A DNA stretch of 32,000 nucleotides from contig CAZMGY010000011.1 of the NCBI GenBank assembly GCA_964565945.1, forward strand, positions 80,390-112,389, given 5' to 3'. The stretch comes from an uncultured bacterium. GTDB lineage: Bacteria; GCA-001730085. The position numbers and the translations under genes are program-made. The notes under the pieces are model-generated. The model did no database searches and was not told the DNA's origin. It saw only the letters and a list, made by a program, of their open reading frames with translations. Positions 1 through 8,745 of this stretch are shown here, in pieces. Positions within the stretch are counted from its first letter, which is position 1; each line of letters begins with the position of its first letter.

Positions 1-73
1 TTTTTCCCGAGGAAGATCGGGAATTTTTTGGAATTTAGGCTTTAAGGTCGCAGACTGTTAGAAAGGTGGGCCT

Positions 74-796
74 ATGTTTATCTTGGAGACAAAAAAAATG
101 GTCAAGACATACAACAATCGTTGTATTGTCAATAAGACTAGTATTCAAGTGAAAAAAGGTGAAATTGTGGGGTTATTGGGTCCTAATGGGGCAGGTAAAA
201 CCACAACCTTTCATATGATTGTCGGGCTTATTCGTCCCGATGAGGGTCAAGTTTTGTATGGTAAAAAAGATATCACGCATTGGCCGATGTATAAGCGTGC
301 GCGGATTGGGATGAGTTATTTGTCGCAGGAACCTTCGATTTTTCGTAAGTTGTCGGTGGAAGACAATATTATGGCTGTGTTAGAGATGATGCCTTTGTCG
401 ATGTCGCAAAGAAAATATTGCTTGGAAAAGCTTATGAAAGATTTAAGGATAGCGTATTTGGCTAAAAATCAAGCCGTTACCTTATCAGGAGGGGAGCGTC
501 GTCGTTTGGAAATTGCCAGAGCCTTGGCAATCAATCCGTCTTTTTTGATGTTGGATGAGCCTTTTTCGGGTGTTGACCCGATTGCTGTGGCAGAGGTGCA
601 GCAAATTATTACCAACTTGAGGGATCAAGGTCTTTCAATTTTGTTGACTGATCACAATGTGCGTGAAACATTGTCGATCACAGATCGTTCTTACATTATG
701 TACGAAGGAAAGGTGTTGGTGTCGGGAACGGCAGAAGAGATTATTAATGATGATTGCGCGAAACGCTTTTATCTGGGCGAAACGTTTAAGCTGTAG
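74..796 (+). CDS. lptB: LPS export ABC transporter ATP-binding protein LptB
   Basis: The 240-aa ORF has Walker A GPNGAGKTT, ABC signature LSGGERRR and Walker B LMLDEP, followed by the H-loop TDH. Its size and N-terminal pattern (K.Y..R.IV..TSI.V..GEIVGLLGPNGAGKTT) are typical of LptB. It lies immediately upstream of hpf-ptsN, as in the conserved lptB locus. Confidence 0.85.
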   Translation: MFILETKKMVKTYNNRCIVNKTSIQVKKGEIVGLLGPNGAGKTTTFHMIVGLIRPDEGQVLYGKKDITHWPMYKRARIGMSYLSQEPSIFRKLSVEDNIMAVLEMMPLSMSQRKYCLEKLMKDLRIAYLAKNQAVTLSGGERRRLEIARALAINPSFLMLDEPFSGVDPIAVAEVQQIITNLRDQGLSILLTDHNVRETLSITDRSYIMYEGKVLVSGTAEEIINDDCAKRFYLGETFKL

Positions 797-862
797 ATGT
801 GCGTTCTTTTTTCCTATATAATAGGACTTAAACTTAGAAGATGGTTGAGGAGATATTAAGTT

Positions 863-1402
863 ATGAATATAAGTATAGTTGGTCGTCATTTAGATTTAAC
901 AGATGGAATTAAAGATCATATTTACGACAAAGTTCAAAAATTAGAGAAAATTATCAATCCTATTCCCGAAATTCATGTGACTTTATCCGTTCAAAAAAAA
1001 TATATTCATGTGGCTGAAATTGCCTTAACCGTCAAAAAAGAAAGTGTTAAGGGTTTGGCCGAATCGGAAGATATGTATATTTCGATTGATAAAGCTGTGG
1101 ATAAGGTTGCGCATCACTTGCAAAAAGTCCGTGATAAATCGAAAAGTCACAAAGCGACGTCTCTCAAAGAAGAAATTATGATTCTTAAAGAAGAGAGTGA
1201 GCGTGATGCTGAAGACCTTATAGATAAAATTGTTTTTCAAGAGATTGAGGTTAAGTCGATGGATGTTCAAGAAGCTGTGATGCAATATGTGGCTTTGGAG
1301 CAGGAGTTTTTGCTATTTGAACGTGTGGACACCAAAAAGATTAACCTTTTGAGAAAAAATTCTCATGGAGAATTTGAAGTAATAGAACCAGTAAATGTAT
1401 AG
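863..1402 (+). CDS. hpf: ribosome hibernation promoting factor, long form
   Basis: The 179-aa ORF starts MNISIVGRHLDLTDGIKDHIYDKV.KLEK, the characteristic HPF/RaiA N-terminal domain. A charged linker and a C-terminal dimerisation-type domain (EIEVKSMDVQEAVMQYVALEQEFLLFER) follow. The purine-rich sequence gaggag lies upstream of the ATG. Confidence 0.85.
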   Translation: MNISIVGRHLDLTDGIKDHIYDKVQKLEKIINPIPEIHVTLSVQKKYIHVAEIALTVKKESVKGLAESEDMYISIDKAVDKVAHHLQKVRDKSKSHKATSLKEEIMILKEESERDAEDLIDKIVFQEIEVKSMDVQEAVMQYVALEQEFLLFERVDTKKINLLRKNSHGEFEVIEPVNV

Positions 1403-1414
1403 AGGAGAAAGACG

Positions 1415-1879
1415 ATGAAAATCACCGACATCTTGTCGAAAGATTGTGTTTTGGATGACTTGAAGTCTAAGCAAAAAAAAGACGTCCTTGTTGAGATGGT
1501 TGGAATTATGAAGTCTTTGAATAAGTTTGAAAAAAGTGATAAAGTTGTGGAAAATCTTATGGAACGAGAGGCTCTTGGGAGTACTGGTGTTGGTTATGGG
1601 GTTGCTATTCCTCATACCAAAATTGATGACATTGATGATTTAGTAGGAATGTTTGGTCGTTCAAAGACGGGAGTTGATTTTGATTCCTTAGATGGTGTTC
1701 CTGTTAAAATTTTATTCTTGCTACTCACACCTAAAAATTCGATAGGACAGCATTTGAAAGCCTTGGCGAGAATTTCAAGTTTGCTCAAAGACAAACTTTT
1801 TCGTCAAGAGTTGTTGGAAGCTGAAGATGCTTCGGTCATTTACAAAATCATTGAACGCGAAGATAAGGCTCGTGTTTGA
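1415..1879 (+). CDS. ptsN: PTS EIIA-Ntr type protein (nitrogen regulatory IIA)
   Basis: The 154-aa ORF carries the EIIA(Fru/Ntr) signature around the phosphorylatable histidine (GVGYGVAIPHTKIDD). The RBS aggaga is present. Its position after hpf matches the canonical locus. Confidence 0.8.
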   Translation: MKITDILSKDCVLDDLKSKQKKDVLVEMVGIMKSLNKFEKSDKVVENLMEREALGSTGVGYGVAIPHTKIDDIDDLVGMFGRSKTGVDFDSLDGVPVKILFLLLTPKNSIGQHLKALARISSLLKDKLFRQELLEAEDASVIYKIIEREDKARV

Positions 1880-1924
1880 TTTATTCCGTTTTTTGCGAAC
1901 TCTGGCTAAGAAAGAGAGGTCTTC

Positions 1925-2887
1925 ATGAAGCGTAAGCTGACTGTCGATGATCTTTTGTTTGAAATGGACTTTTTGCTTAAGTTTAAACGAGTTATGCTTG
2001 GAGACGCATCTTTAAAGAATAGGATTAGAGTTCCTGATGTGAATCGTGCGGGCTTGGCTTTTGCTGGTTACTACGATTATTTTGGCGACAAACGTGTCCA
2101 AGTGATTGGAAAAACGGAAATGAGTTTTTTGAATCAGTTGTCGGCGCGTCAGTGCAATATTCGTATCAAGAAATTTATGTCTTACAAGTCTCCTTTGGTT
2201 ATTTTTACCCGCAATATTAAGATTCCACCTTTGTTTATTGAGCAGGCTGAAAAGTGTAACATTGCCTTGGTGTCTACCTCGATGACCACCACGAGGGTTG
2301 TTGGGAATTTGACTTTGTACCTTGAAGAGGTTTTTTCTCCTTCGAAAACTTTTCATGGAACCTTAATGGATGTTCATGGAGTAGGCGTTTTATTGTTGGG
2401 GGGCAGTGGTGTTGGAAAAAGTGAGTGTGCTCTTGAACTGGTTGAAAGGGGCCATCGTTTGGTGAGCGACGACGTGGTTATGGTGACTAAAAAAATGGGA
2501 CGTTACTTGGTTGGGTCGGGAACGAGCTTTGTTCGTCATCATATGGAAATTCGTGGTTTGGGCATTATTGATGTTAGAAGTATTTATGGGGCGAGTGCTG
2601 TGCGGAACCAAAAACGGATAGGTTTTGTTGTTAGTTTAGAGGACTGGGATGCTTCTAAAGAATATGAGCGCTTAGGTCTCGAAGAAAAAACGTATGATAT
2701 TTTAGGCATGTCGTTGCCTCATTTTGTGATTCCTGTCAAACCAGGTCGAAATATTGCGATATTGATTGAAGTTGCAACGTCGACGCAAAGGTTAAAAAAA
2801 ATGGGAGTTAATCCTGTTGCGGAGATAGAACGCAAGATGCTTAATATTATGAATAAAGATAAACAATTATTGGATGGATCTTTTTGA
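1925..2887 (+). CDS. hprK: HPr kinase/phosphorylase
   Basis: The 320-aa ORF has the P-loop GGSGVGKSECALELVERGHRLVSDD and the downstream MEIRGLGIIDV motif, both diagnostic of HprK/P. Confidence 0.9.
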   Translation: MKRKLTVDDLLFEMDFLLKFKRVMLGDASLKNRIRVPDVNRAGLAFAGYYDYFGDKRVQVIGKTEMSFLNQLSARQCNIRIKKFMSYKSPLVIFTRNIKIPPLFIEQAEKCNIALVSTSMTTTRVVGNLTLYLEEVFSPSKTFHGTLMDVHGVGVLLLGGSGVGKSECALELVERGHRLVSDDVVMVTKKMGRYLVGSGTSFVRHHMEIRGLGIIDVRSIYGASAVRNQKRIGFVVSLEDWDASKEYERLGLEEKTYDILGMSLPHFVIPVKPGRNIAILIEVATSTQRLKKMGVNPVAEIERKMLNIMNKDKQLLDGSF

Positions 2888-2895
2888 TTGTGAGT

Positions 2896-3180
2896 ATGAT
2901 GGTGGAAGAAAATAAATTTAAGAAAAAAATTAAAATCCTTAATGAGACAGGGATGCACGCTCGTCCTGCAGCGAGGCTTGTTGAAAAGGCAAGTGGGTTT
3001 TCGGCAAATATTTTTATCATTAAGGACGATATGGAGATTAATGCCAAAAGCATTATGGGGGTTTTAATGTTAGCAGCATCTAAGGGTACAAGTCTAACCT
3101 TTGTGGCTGAAGGGACAGATGCAGAAGAGGCCTTAAACGCTATCGAAGAACTTATCACAGGATATTTCGATGAATCATGA
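2896..3180 (+). CDS. ptsH: phosphocarrier protein HPr/NPr
   Basis: Both the His-15 context (NETGMHARPAA) and the Ser-46 context (NAKSIMGVLML) are present. The start is ambiguous among TTG 2884, GTG 2890 and ATG 2896. I chose the ATG. Confidence 0.8.
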   Translation: MMVEENKFKKKIKILNETGMHARPAARLVEKASGFSANIFIIKDDMEINAKSIMGVLMLAASKGTSLTFVAEGTDAEEALNAIEELITGYFDES

Positions 3181-4933
3181 AGAGTTACAAAACATTAAGG
3201 GTATTCCCGCATCTGCAGGTTATGTGATTGCACCTGCTTATGTCATGAAGACGCACTCTTTGCAAGTGTCGCATCGAACGATTCAGGAAGCCGATCTTGC
3301 TGGCGAATTGGAACGTTTTCGAATGGCTGTTGAACAAACGCGTGTTGAGATCAATGGTATTCGTGACGAAGTAGAACTTAAAATTGGCCAAAAAAATGCG
3401 GCGATTTTTAATGTCCACTTGCTTATTTTGGATGATCCTCTTTTGTACGATGATCTCGAAAAGAGGTTGAGCAAACAGCTTCTCAATATCGAATTTGTTT
3501 TTTATCAAATCCTTCAAGAGTATTTTGAACAATTTTCGTTGATGGAAGACCCCTATATTCGTGAAAGATTAGCGGATATTGAAGATGTTGGGCGACGAGT
3601 TTTGAAAAACTTGAGTAGTTGCGAAGATTTGAGGGTGCAATCCTTTGAGGAGCCTTGTGTTTTGGTTGCTCCAGATATATTACCTTCGGATGTGGTGATG
3701 ATGCATATGGAGAATGTTGTAGGCTTTGTGACCGATGCGGGTTCTAAAACATCCCATGCAGCAATCGTGGCTCGATCGCTTAAGGTGCCTGCGATTGTGG
3801 GGTCTCGTTTTGCATCCAAACATATTCAAACGGGTGATATCATCATCATTGATGCTATGGAAGGTCAAGTGTTTATTAATCCCGCGACCAATGTTCTGGA
3901 GGATTATCGTCGTAAGCAAGAAGAGTATCGCCGTTACACCAAAGAGTTGAAGAAATTAAAAAACCTTCCGGCAGAAACGCGTGATCAACACAAGGTTAAC
4001 CTTATGGCTAACATAGAGTTGCCCAAAGATGTTTATTCGGCCATGGACAACGGATCCGAGGGTATTGGATTATTTCGAACGGAATTTTTGTATATGAATC
4101 GTCTTGATTTGCCGAGTGAAGAAGAGCATTATGGGATTTACATGTCCATTTTAAAAGCTGTGGGAGATAAGCCCGTAGTGGTGAGAACGCTGGATGTTGG
4201 AGGTGACAAACTTACACCACAATTAGGTATTCCAAAAGAAGAAAATCCAGCTTTGGGTTGGCGTGCGATAAGGTACTGTTTGGATCGTGTCGATGTGTTT
4301 AAAGTTCAATTGCGAGCGCTATTGCGTGCTTCGGTTCATGGATCTCTTAAAATCATGTTTCCCATGATTGCTGGTTTGGAAGAATTGTTAGTGGCTAAGT
4401 CTATCTTGGCGGAAGTAAAGCAAGAATTACTCGAGTCTGGGGAGCCGTTTAGGGAAAATGTTCCGATTGGAGCTATGATTGAAACGCCTTCGGCGGCTGT
4501 GACGGCTGACTTATTGGCGTCTCATGTGGATTTTTTTAGTATTGGAACCAATGATTTAATTCAGTACACCTTAGCTGTCGATCGCGGTAATGAAAAAATT
4601 GCCTGTTATTATGATCCCCTGCACCCTGCGATTGTTCGATTTATTGATCAAGTGGTTAAGGCTGGGCATGACCAAGGCATCGATGTGAGCATGTGTGGAG
4701 AGATGTCGAGTGATCCGTTGTCTATTGAGTTACTGATTGGTCTCGGTTTGGATTGTTTGAGTGTGAGTCATAGTGTTGTGCCTGAAGTGAAGAGGATGAT
4801 TCGTTCTGTCAGTTTGGGCGAAGCTCAGGATTTTGCTCAAAGAGCATTTAAATATAAGCGTGCTAATGAATTGAAAGAAGATGCAAAGCAACGCGTCAAT
4901 CGTATTTTGGATCAAGGGGAGGTGTCTGCGTGA
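3170..4933 (+). CDS. ptsI: phosphoenolpyruvate-protein phosphotransferase (Enzyme I)
   Basis: The 587-aa ORF has the active-site His region TDAGSKTSHAAIVARSLKVPAIVG and a PEP-utilising TIM-barrel C-terminal half (GLFRTEFLY, IGTNDLIQY, CGEM). There is no N-terminal GAF domain, so it is PtsI-like rather than PtsP-like. It overlaps the end of ptsH by 11 nt. Confidence 0.9.
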   Translation: MNHEELQNIKGIPASAGYVIAPAYVMKTHSLQVSHRTIQEADLAGELERFRMAVEQTRVEINGIRDEVELKIGQKNAAIFNVHLLILDDPLLYDDLEKRLSKQLLNIEFVFYQILQEYFEQFSLMEDPYIRERLADIEDVGRRVLKNLSSCEDLRVQSFEEPCVLVAPDILPSDVVMMHMENVVGFVTDAGSKTSHAAIVARSLKVPAIVGSRFASKHIQTGDIIIIDAMEGQVFINPATNVLEDYRRKQEEYRRYTKELKKLKNLPAETRDQHKVNLMANIELPKDVYSAMDNGSEGIGLFRTEFLYMNRLDLPSEEEHYGIYMSILKAVGDKPVVVRTLDVGGDKLTPQLGIPKEENPALGWRAIRYCLDRVDVFKVQLRALLRASVHGSLKIMFPMIAGLEELLVAKSILAEVKQELLESGEPFRENVPIGAMIETPSAAVTADLLASHVDFFSIGTNDLIQYTLAVDRGNEKIACYYDPLHPAIVRFIDQVVKAGHDQGIDVSMCGEMSSDPLSIELLIGLGLDCLSVSHSVVPEVKRMIRSVSLGEAQDFAQRAFKYKRANELKEDAKQRVNRILDQGEVSA

Positions 4934-5658
4934 ATGTGATTATTTTGGCTGCTGGCTATGCCACACGGTTATACCCACTGACGCGTAATCAGCCGAAGCC
5001 TTTGTTGCTGATTCAGGGTAAACCAATCATTGATTTCATTATCGATCATTTGGATTCTTTTAAGGTCATTGATCGTATTTATGTTGTTTCTAATGCGGTT
5101 TTTGTGGAACATTTTGAAAAGTGGGCGCAACAGAAAGATTGTCGGCATCCGATTACGATTGTGAATGATGAAACTGCTACGATTGAAACGCGTTTAGGGG
5201 CCATTCGAGACATTGGTTTTGTGGTGGACTCTTGTGGTGTTGATTCGGATGTTCTTGTGATTGCTGGAGATAACCTTTTTGATGACGACTTGGTGGGTTT
5301 GGTTCAGTTAGGGCAAAGTCGAAATGAAGGGGTTATTGCGGTTTATCCCTTTGAAGATAAGACACAACTTAAGATGTATGGGGTTGTTACCACAGATGCG
5401 CATGGTAAAATAATAAGCTTTGTGGAAAAAAGCAAACAACCGCCATCATCATTGGTGGCGACATGCATTTACTATTTTCCACGTTCTGTTTTAGATAACT
5501 TGAGAGTTTATATCGAAAGGGGACAGAACTTAGATGCTCCAGGCAATTTTATTGATTGGTTGGTGCTCCAAGAGAATATATGGACCTATTCCCTTAAAGG
5601 GAAGTGGTATGACATAGGTAGCAAAGAAAGCTATGCTGCTGTGCAAAATATGGAATGA
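4930..5658 (+). CDS. sugar-phosphate nucleotidyltransferase family protein
   Basis: The 242-aa ORF has the N-terminal NTP-transferase motif ILAAGYATRLYPLTRNQPKPLL and a Rossmann-like GT-A fold pattern (VIAGDNLF, EKSKQP). The GTG start overlaps the ptsI stop (GTGA). Substrate specificity cannot be read from the sequence. Confidence 0.7.
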   Translation: MNVIILAAGYATRLYPLTRNQPKPLLLIQGKPIIDFIIDHLDSFKVIDRIYVVSNAVFVEHFEKWAQQKDCRHPITIVNDETATIETRLGAIRDIGFVVDSCGVDSDVLVIAGDNLFDDDLVGLVQLGQSRNEGVIAVYPFEDKTQLKMYGVVTTDAHGKIISFVEKSKQPPSSLVATCIYYFPRSVLDNLRVYIERGQNLDAPGNFIDWLVLQENIWTYSLKGKWYDIGSKESYAAVQNME

Positions 5659-5670
5659 GAGGTAAAATTT

Positions 5671-6882
5671 ATGAGCCGTACATTTTTCTTTACATCGGAA
5701 TCGGTGAGTGAAGGGCATCCTGATAAAATGGCCGATCAAATATCGGATGCGATTTTGGATGCGATGCTTAAGCAAGATCCCGATTCACGTGTTGCTTGCG
5801 AAACGTTGATCACGACAGGCATGGTGGTTGTAGCAGGTGAGGTGACGACCCATGCAACTGTTGATATTCAACGATTGGTGCGCAAAATTATTTCGGAGAT
5901 TGGTTTTGATAATTCGTGCAAGGGTTTTGACTTTAATACCTGTGCGGTATTGATTTCGATTGATGAACAATCACCCGATATTGCCCAAGGTGTGACTGAG
6001 GGAGAGGGTTTGCACAAAGAGCAAGGTGCGGGTGATCAAGGATTGATGTTCGGCTACGCGTGCCGAGAGACAATATCTTATATGCCTTTGCCGATTCACT
6101 TAGCGCATATATTGGTTAAAGAATTAGCGACTTTAAGGAAATCGGGAGAGCTTGATTATATTTGGCCTGATTCGAAGTCGCAAGTAACGGTTCAATACGA
6201 CGAGAACAAGCAGCCTCAAAGGATTGATGCGGTGGTGATTTCGACCCAGCATTCCAAAGATGTCTCCCATGAGCAGATCGAGCAAGATATTAAAAATAAA
6301 TTGATTGCGAATGTTTTACCTCAAGAATTGCTTGATGATCAAACCAAGATCTACATTAATCCAACAGGTCGTTTTGTGGTGGGAGGTCCTTTGGGAGATT
6401 GTGGTTTGACTGGGCGTAAAATTATTGTGGATACTTATGGTGGAATGGGGCACCATGGTGGTGGTGCTTTTTCTGGAAAAGATCCTTCTAAGGTCGATCG
6501 CAGTGCTGCTTATGCTGCACGTTATGTGGCTAAAAATGTGGTAGCCGCTGGGTTGGCCGATCGTTGTGAAGTGCAACTGGCTTATGCGATTGGGGTGGCC
6601 GAACCTGTTTCGATTCAGGTGGATACTCTTGGCACACATGTTATCGAAGAGAGCCAAATTGAAGCTGTGATTCGCAACGAGTTTGATTTAAGGCCTGTAG
6701 CAATTATTGAGCAGTTACAATTGAAGCGTCCGATCTATCAACGGACAGCCACTTATGGGCACTTTGGCCGTTCGGATCGGCATTTCCCTTGGGAGAAACT
6801 TGATAAAGTTGAAGCTTTGCAAGCGGCTGCGGGGATCGAAAAAAAAATGACATACTTGAAGAAGCGCTCGTTTAAGGGTTAG
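5671..6882 (+). CDS. metK: S-adenosylmethionine synthetase
   Basis: The 403-aa ORF has the canonical motifs [55 protein letters not shown] and ATYGHFGR. Confidence 0.95.
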   Translation: MSRTFFFTSESVSEGHPDKMADQISDAILDAMLKQDPDSRVACETLITTGMVVVAGEVTTHATVDIQRLVRKIISEIGFDNSCKGFDFNTCAVLISIDEQSPDIAQGVTEGEGLHKEQGAGDQGLMFGYACRETISYMPLPIHLAHILVKELATLRKSGELDYIWPDSKSQVTVQYDENKQPQRIDAVVISTQHSKDVSHEQIEQDIKNKLIANVLPQELLDDQTKIYINPTGRFVVGGPLGDCGLTGRKIIVDTYGGMGHHGGGAFSGKDPSKVDRSAAYAARYVAKNVVAAGLADRCEVQLAYAIGVAEPVSIQVDTLGTHVIEESQIEAVIRNEFDLRPVAIIEQLQLKRPIYQRTATYGHFGRSDRHFPWEKLDKVEALQAAAGIEKKMTYLKKRSFKG

Positions 6883-6947
6883 GTCGTATTCTATGAGAGA
6901 CATGGCAAGTAAGTTGTGGGATGTTGTCATGGGAATGGTTTAAAAAA

Positions 6948-7285
6948 GCAAAGTTGATTGGACCATCGGTGTTACTTCTTTTAAAGAGGTAAGGCAGGAA
7001 AGTCCAGACTCCACAGGGTAAGATGCTGCATTGAAAGGCAGTGAGGGTGACCTTAAGGAAAGTGCCACAGAAACCAAACCGCCTTGGGTCTTTAGAGTCC
7101 GAGGGTAAGGGTGAAACGGTGAGGTAAGAGCTCACCAGTTTTGGTGGCGACACCAAAAGCTGGGCAAACCCCATCTGGAGCAAGACCAAGTAGAAAGCGT
7201 GATAGTGACCCGCTATATGTTTTCGGGTTGGTTGCAAAGATGAATGATGGTTCGCGACAGAATCTGGCTTATAGATCAACTTTGC
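6948..7285 (+). ncRNA. rnpB: RNase P RNA, bacterial type A
   Basis: Three conserved regions are present on the plus strand: GGAAAGTCCAGACTCCACAGGG (6997-7018), GGGTGAAACGGTGAGGTAAGAGCTCACC and ACAGAATCTGGCTTAT (near 7258-7273). The termini pair as P1: gcaaagttgat at 6948-6958 with atcaactttgc at 7275-7285. A T-run follows. The ends are approximate to within a few nt. Confidence 0.85.
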
Positions 7286-7346
7286 TTTTTTCTCTAAAGG
7301 ATTTTTTCTTTGCTTTTTATATTTATTAAAAAATATTTTATTATCC

Positions 7347-8468
7347 CCTAAGTAAACTTCTCTGCTTATGAATATTTTAAACTATAAACTCACCTCCACT
7401 AATGAACTTCTAACAACTGCCCGCACAGGCTTGTTAGCACCCGCACATTTAATGTAATCAATAAAAGGCCATTGACCAGTATTTCCCTGCTTTAAATAGC
7501 AATAGTGCTCTTAAATTTCAACTTTTATCAATACCTTACTACTAAGCCAACACGAAGGTGGGAAATGTGTGGCAAAAAATATAAGGGCTATATGCCAATG
7601 GTAGGACACATTGCCCAAACAGGGCATAAGATAGTAGCCACCGACTTTAGGGCGGGCAATACTTCGCCAGCAAAAGACAATCTTGGGTTTATTAAACACT
7701 GTCAAAGTGCTTTGTCTTAGGGTATCAAGGTAAATAAGTTGCGTATTGTTTTGACAACAACATTGAATTTGCCATTAGAGCAAAGATGTGCAAATCCCTC
7801 AAAGATATTATTCTTGATAAAGATAATAAGTGGCAGCCTTTACTTGATAAACAAGGAAATGATGTTGAGGGGCAAACCACTTTTAAAATACAACATTTTA
7901 TTAATGTTAAAGGCAATAAAGGCAAAGTTTTTGATTTAATCGTGCAAAGAACCCAAATCAAAGGACAAAACCAGATGGATTTAGACATGAATATGGATAA
8001 TGCCAATGACACAGACCAAAGTCTTGCGATTGCTATGTATGTCTATCGCATGATTGCCACTAACTTTGAGGGTTTAAATAACAGTGAGATTGTATATTTT
8101 TACAATCAAAGAGCGGAGGATAGTGAAAATCGTATTAAAGAGTTAAAAGATGATTTTGGGGCAAAACAAATGCCTTGTGGCGATTTTGCTGCCAATGCCT
8201 TCTATTTTGATATTTGTAGTTTTTCTTATCATCTGTTCGCCCTAATGCGTCAACTACTGCCGCTTGAATTTGTCAACAAAAGAGCAACATATGTGCGTCA
8301 CCGTCTTTACAACATCGCTGCCAAAGTAATCTAGCATGGTAGATAGATAATGATTAAATGCCAAGCACAATATCACAGCTTAGTTAATCAAGTGTTAAGA
8401 TGAATTAAATAGCTTAAACAATTGCTAACATAAATTAATATATTGCTAATAAGCCTTTTTTACTAAGG
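7347..8468 (+). mobile_element. decayed IS1380-family insertion sequence relic (about 1.1 kb)
   Basis: Fragments of an IS1380-type transposase lie in three frames. They are flanked by imperfect inverted termini: cctaagtaaacttctctgcttat at 7347-7369, and ataagccttttttactaagg at 8449-8468. The terminal 10 nt match 9/10 and there is an inner ATAAGC block. No target-site duplication is evident. The element is shorter than intact family members, which I recall as about 1.6-1.7 kb. Confidence 0.6.
7368..8403 (+). pseudogene. IS1380-family DDE transposase, fragmented by frameshifts and stops
   Basis: The N-terminus MNILNYKLTSTNELLTTARTGLL stops at 7455. The middle fragment is YKGYMPMVGHIAQTGHKIVATDFRAGNTSPAKDNLGFI (the ORF at 7505-7720). 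The C-terminal fragment is YRMIATNF...VYFYNQRAEDSENRIKELKDDFG...FAANAFYF...SYHLFALMRQ...RHRLYNIAAKVI (7786-8334). The sequence continues past two in-frame stops as HGR*IMIKC. These blocks match my recollection of ISEcp1-like IS1380 transposases. The expected D-S-G catalytic region reads TTT. Confidence 0.7.
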
Positions 8469-8654
8469 ATGGCAAAATTTGCTTGAAAATCAAAAAATCA
8501 GTGAAAAACGCTCTGAATTAAATGGACAAAAGCATTAGGCAATTGATTGTTGGTGAAATAATAATATTTAAGTGAAAAAATAGTGGTTAAGTGGTTTTTA
8601 TTTTTGGATTTGGGTATTAATAGAACATTATCTGAATTTTTTTGTAATGTTTTC

Positions 8655-8683
8655 TTGACATCTTTTTAATTGCTTATGATAAT
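8655..8683 (+). promoter_or_regulatory. putative sigma70-type promoter for the ROK regulator gene
   Basis: TTGACA (8655-8660), a 17-nt spacer, then GATAAT (8678-8683), about 60 nt upstream of the ATG at 8746. This is a sequence match only. Confidence 0.4.
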
Positions 8684-8745
8684 AGATGCGTGTCGAAATG
8701 TTACAAATAAAGTAATCCCGTTGTGTGGGGAGATAGGGGAGTTTT

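Noticed and set aside
1-73. Possible 3' end of an upstream gene (lptA-like) before lptB
   Set aside because: Only 14 codons are visible before a stop at 43-45, with no recognisable motif. A call cannot be supported.
797-862. Possible promoter for hpf (TATAAT-like box at about 824-829)
   Set aside because: The best -35 candidate matches only 3/6 positions, and co-transcription with lptB is equally plausible.
5659-5670. SAM riboswitch upstream of metK, and T-box leaders upstream of leuS and pheS
   Set aside because: The upstream spacers are only 12 nt, 65 nt and 47 nt. That is too short for these elements and no conserved riboswitch motifs are visible.
6872-7279. 135-aa minus-strand ORF, and the 62-aa plus-strand ORF at 7141-7329
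   Set aside because: Both lie entirely within the RNase P RNA gene. The conserved RNA motifs explain the region and neither ORF has protein-like features.
8482-8497. Exact 16-nt repeat cttgaaaatcaaaaaa, also at 25922-25937, and a shared taattgctt within the two promoter-like regions at 8655 and 25943
   Set aside because: The sequence is A-rich and low-complexity, the flanks do not align and the positions are not collinear. It is most likely chance in AT-rich spacers.
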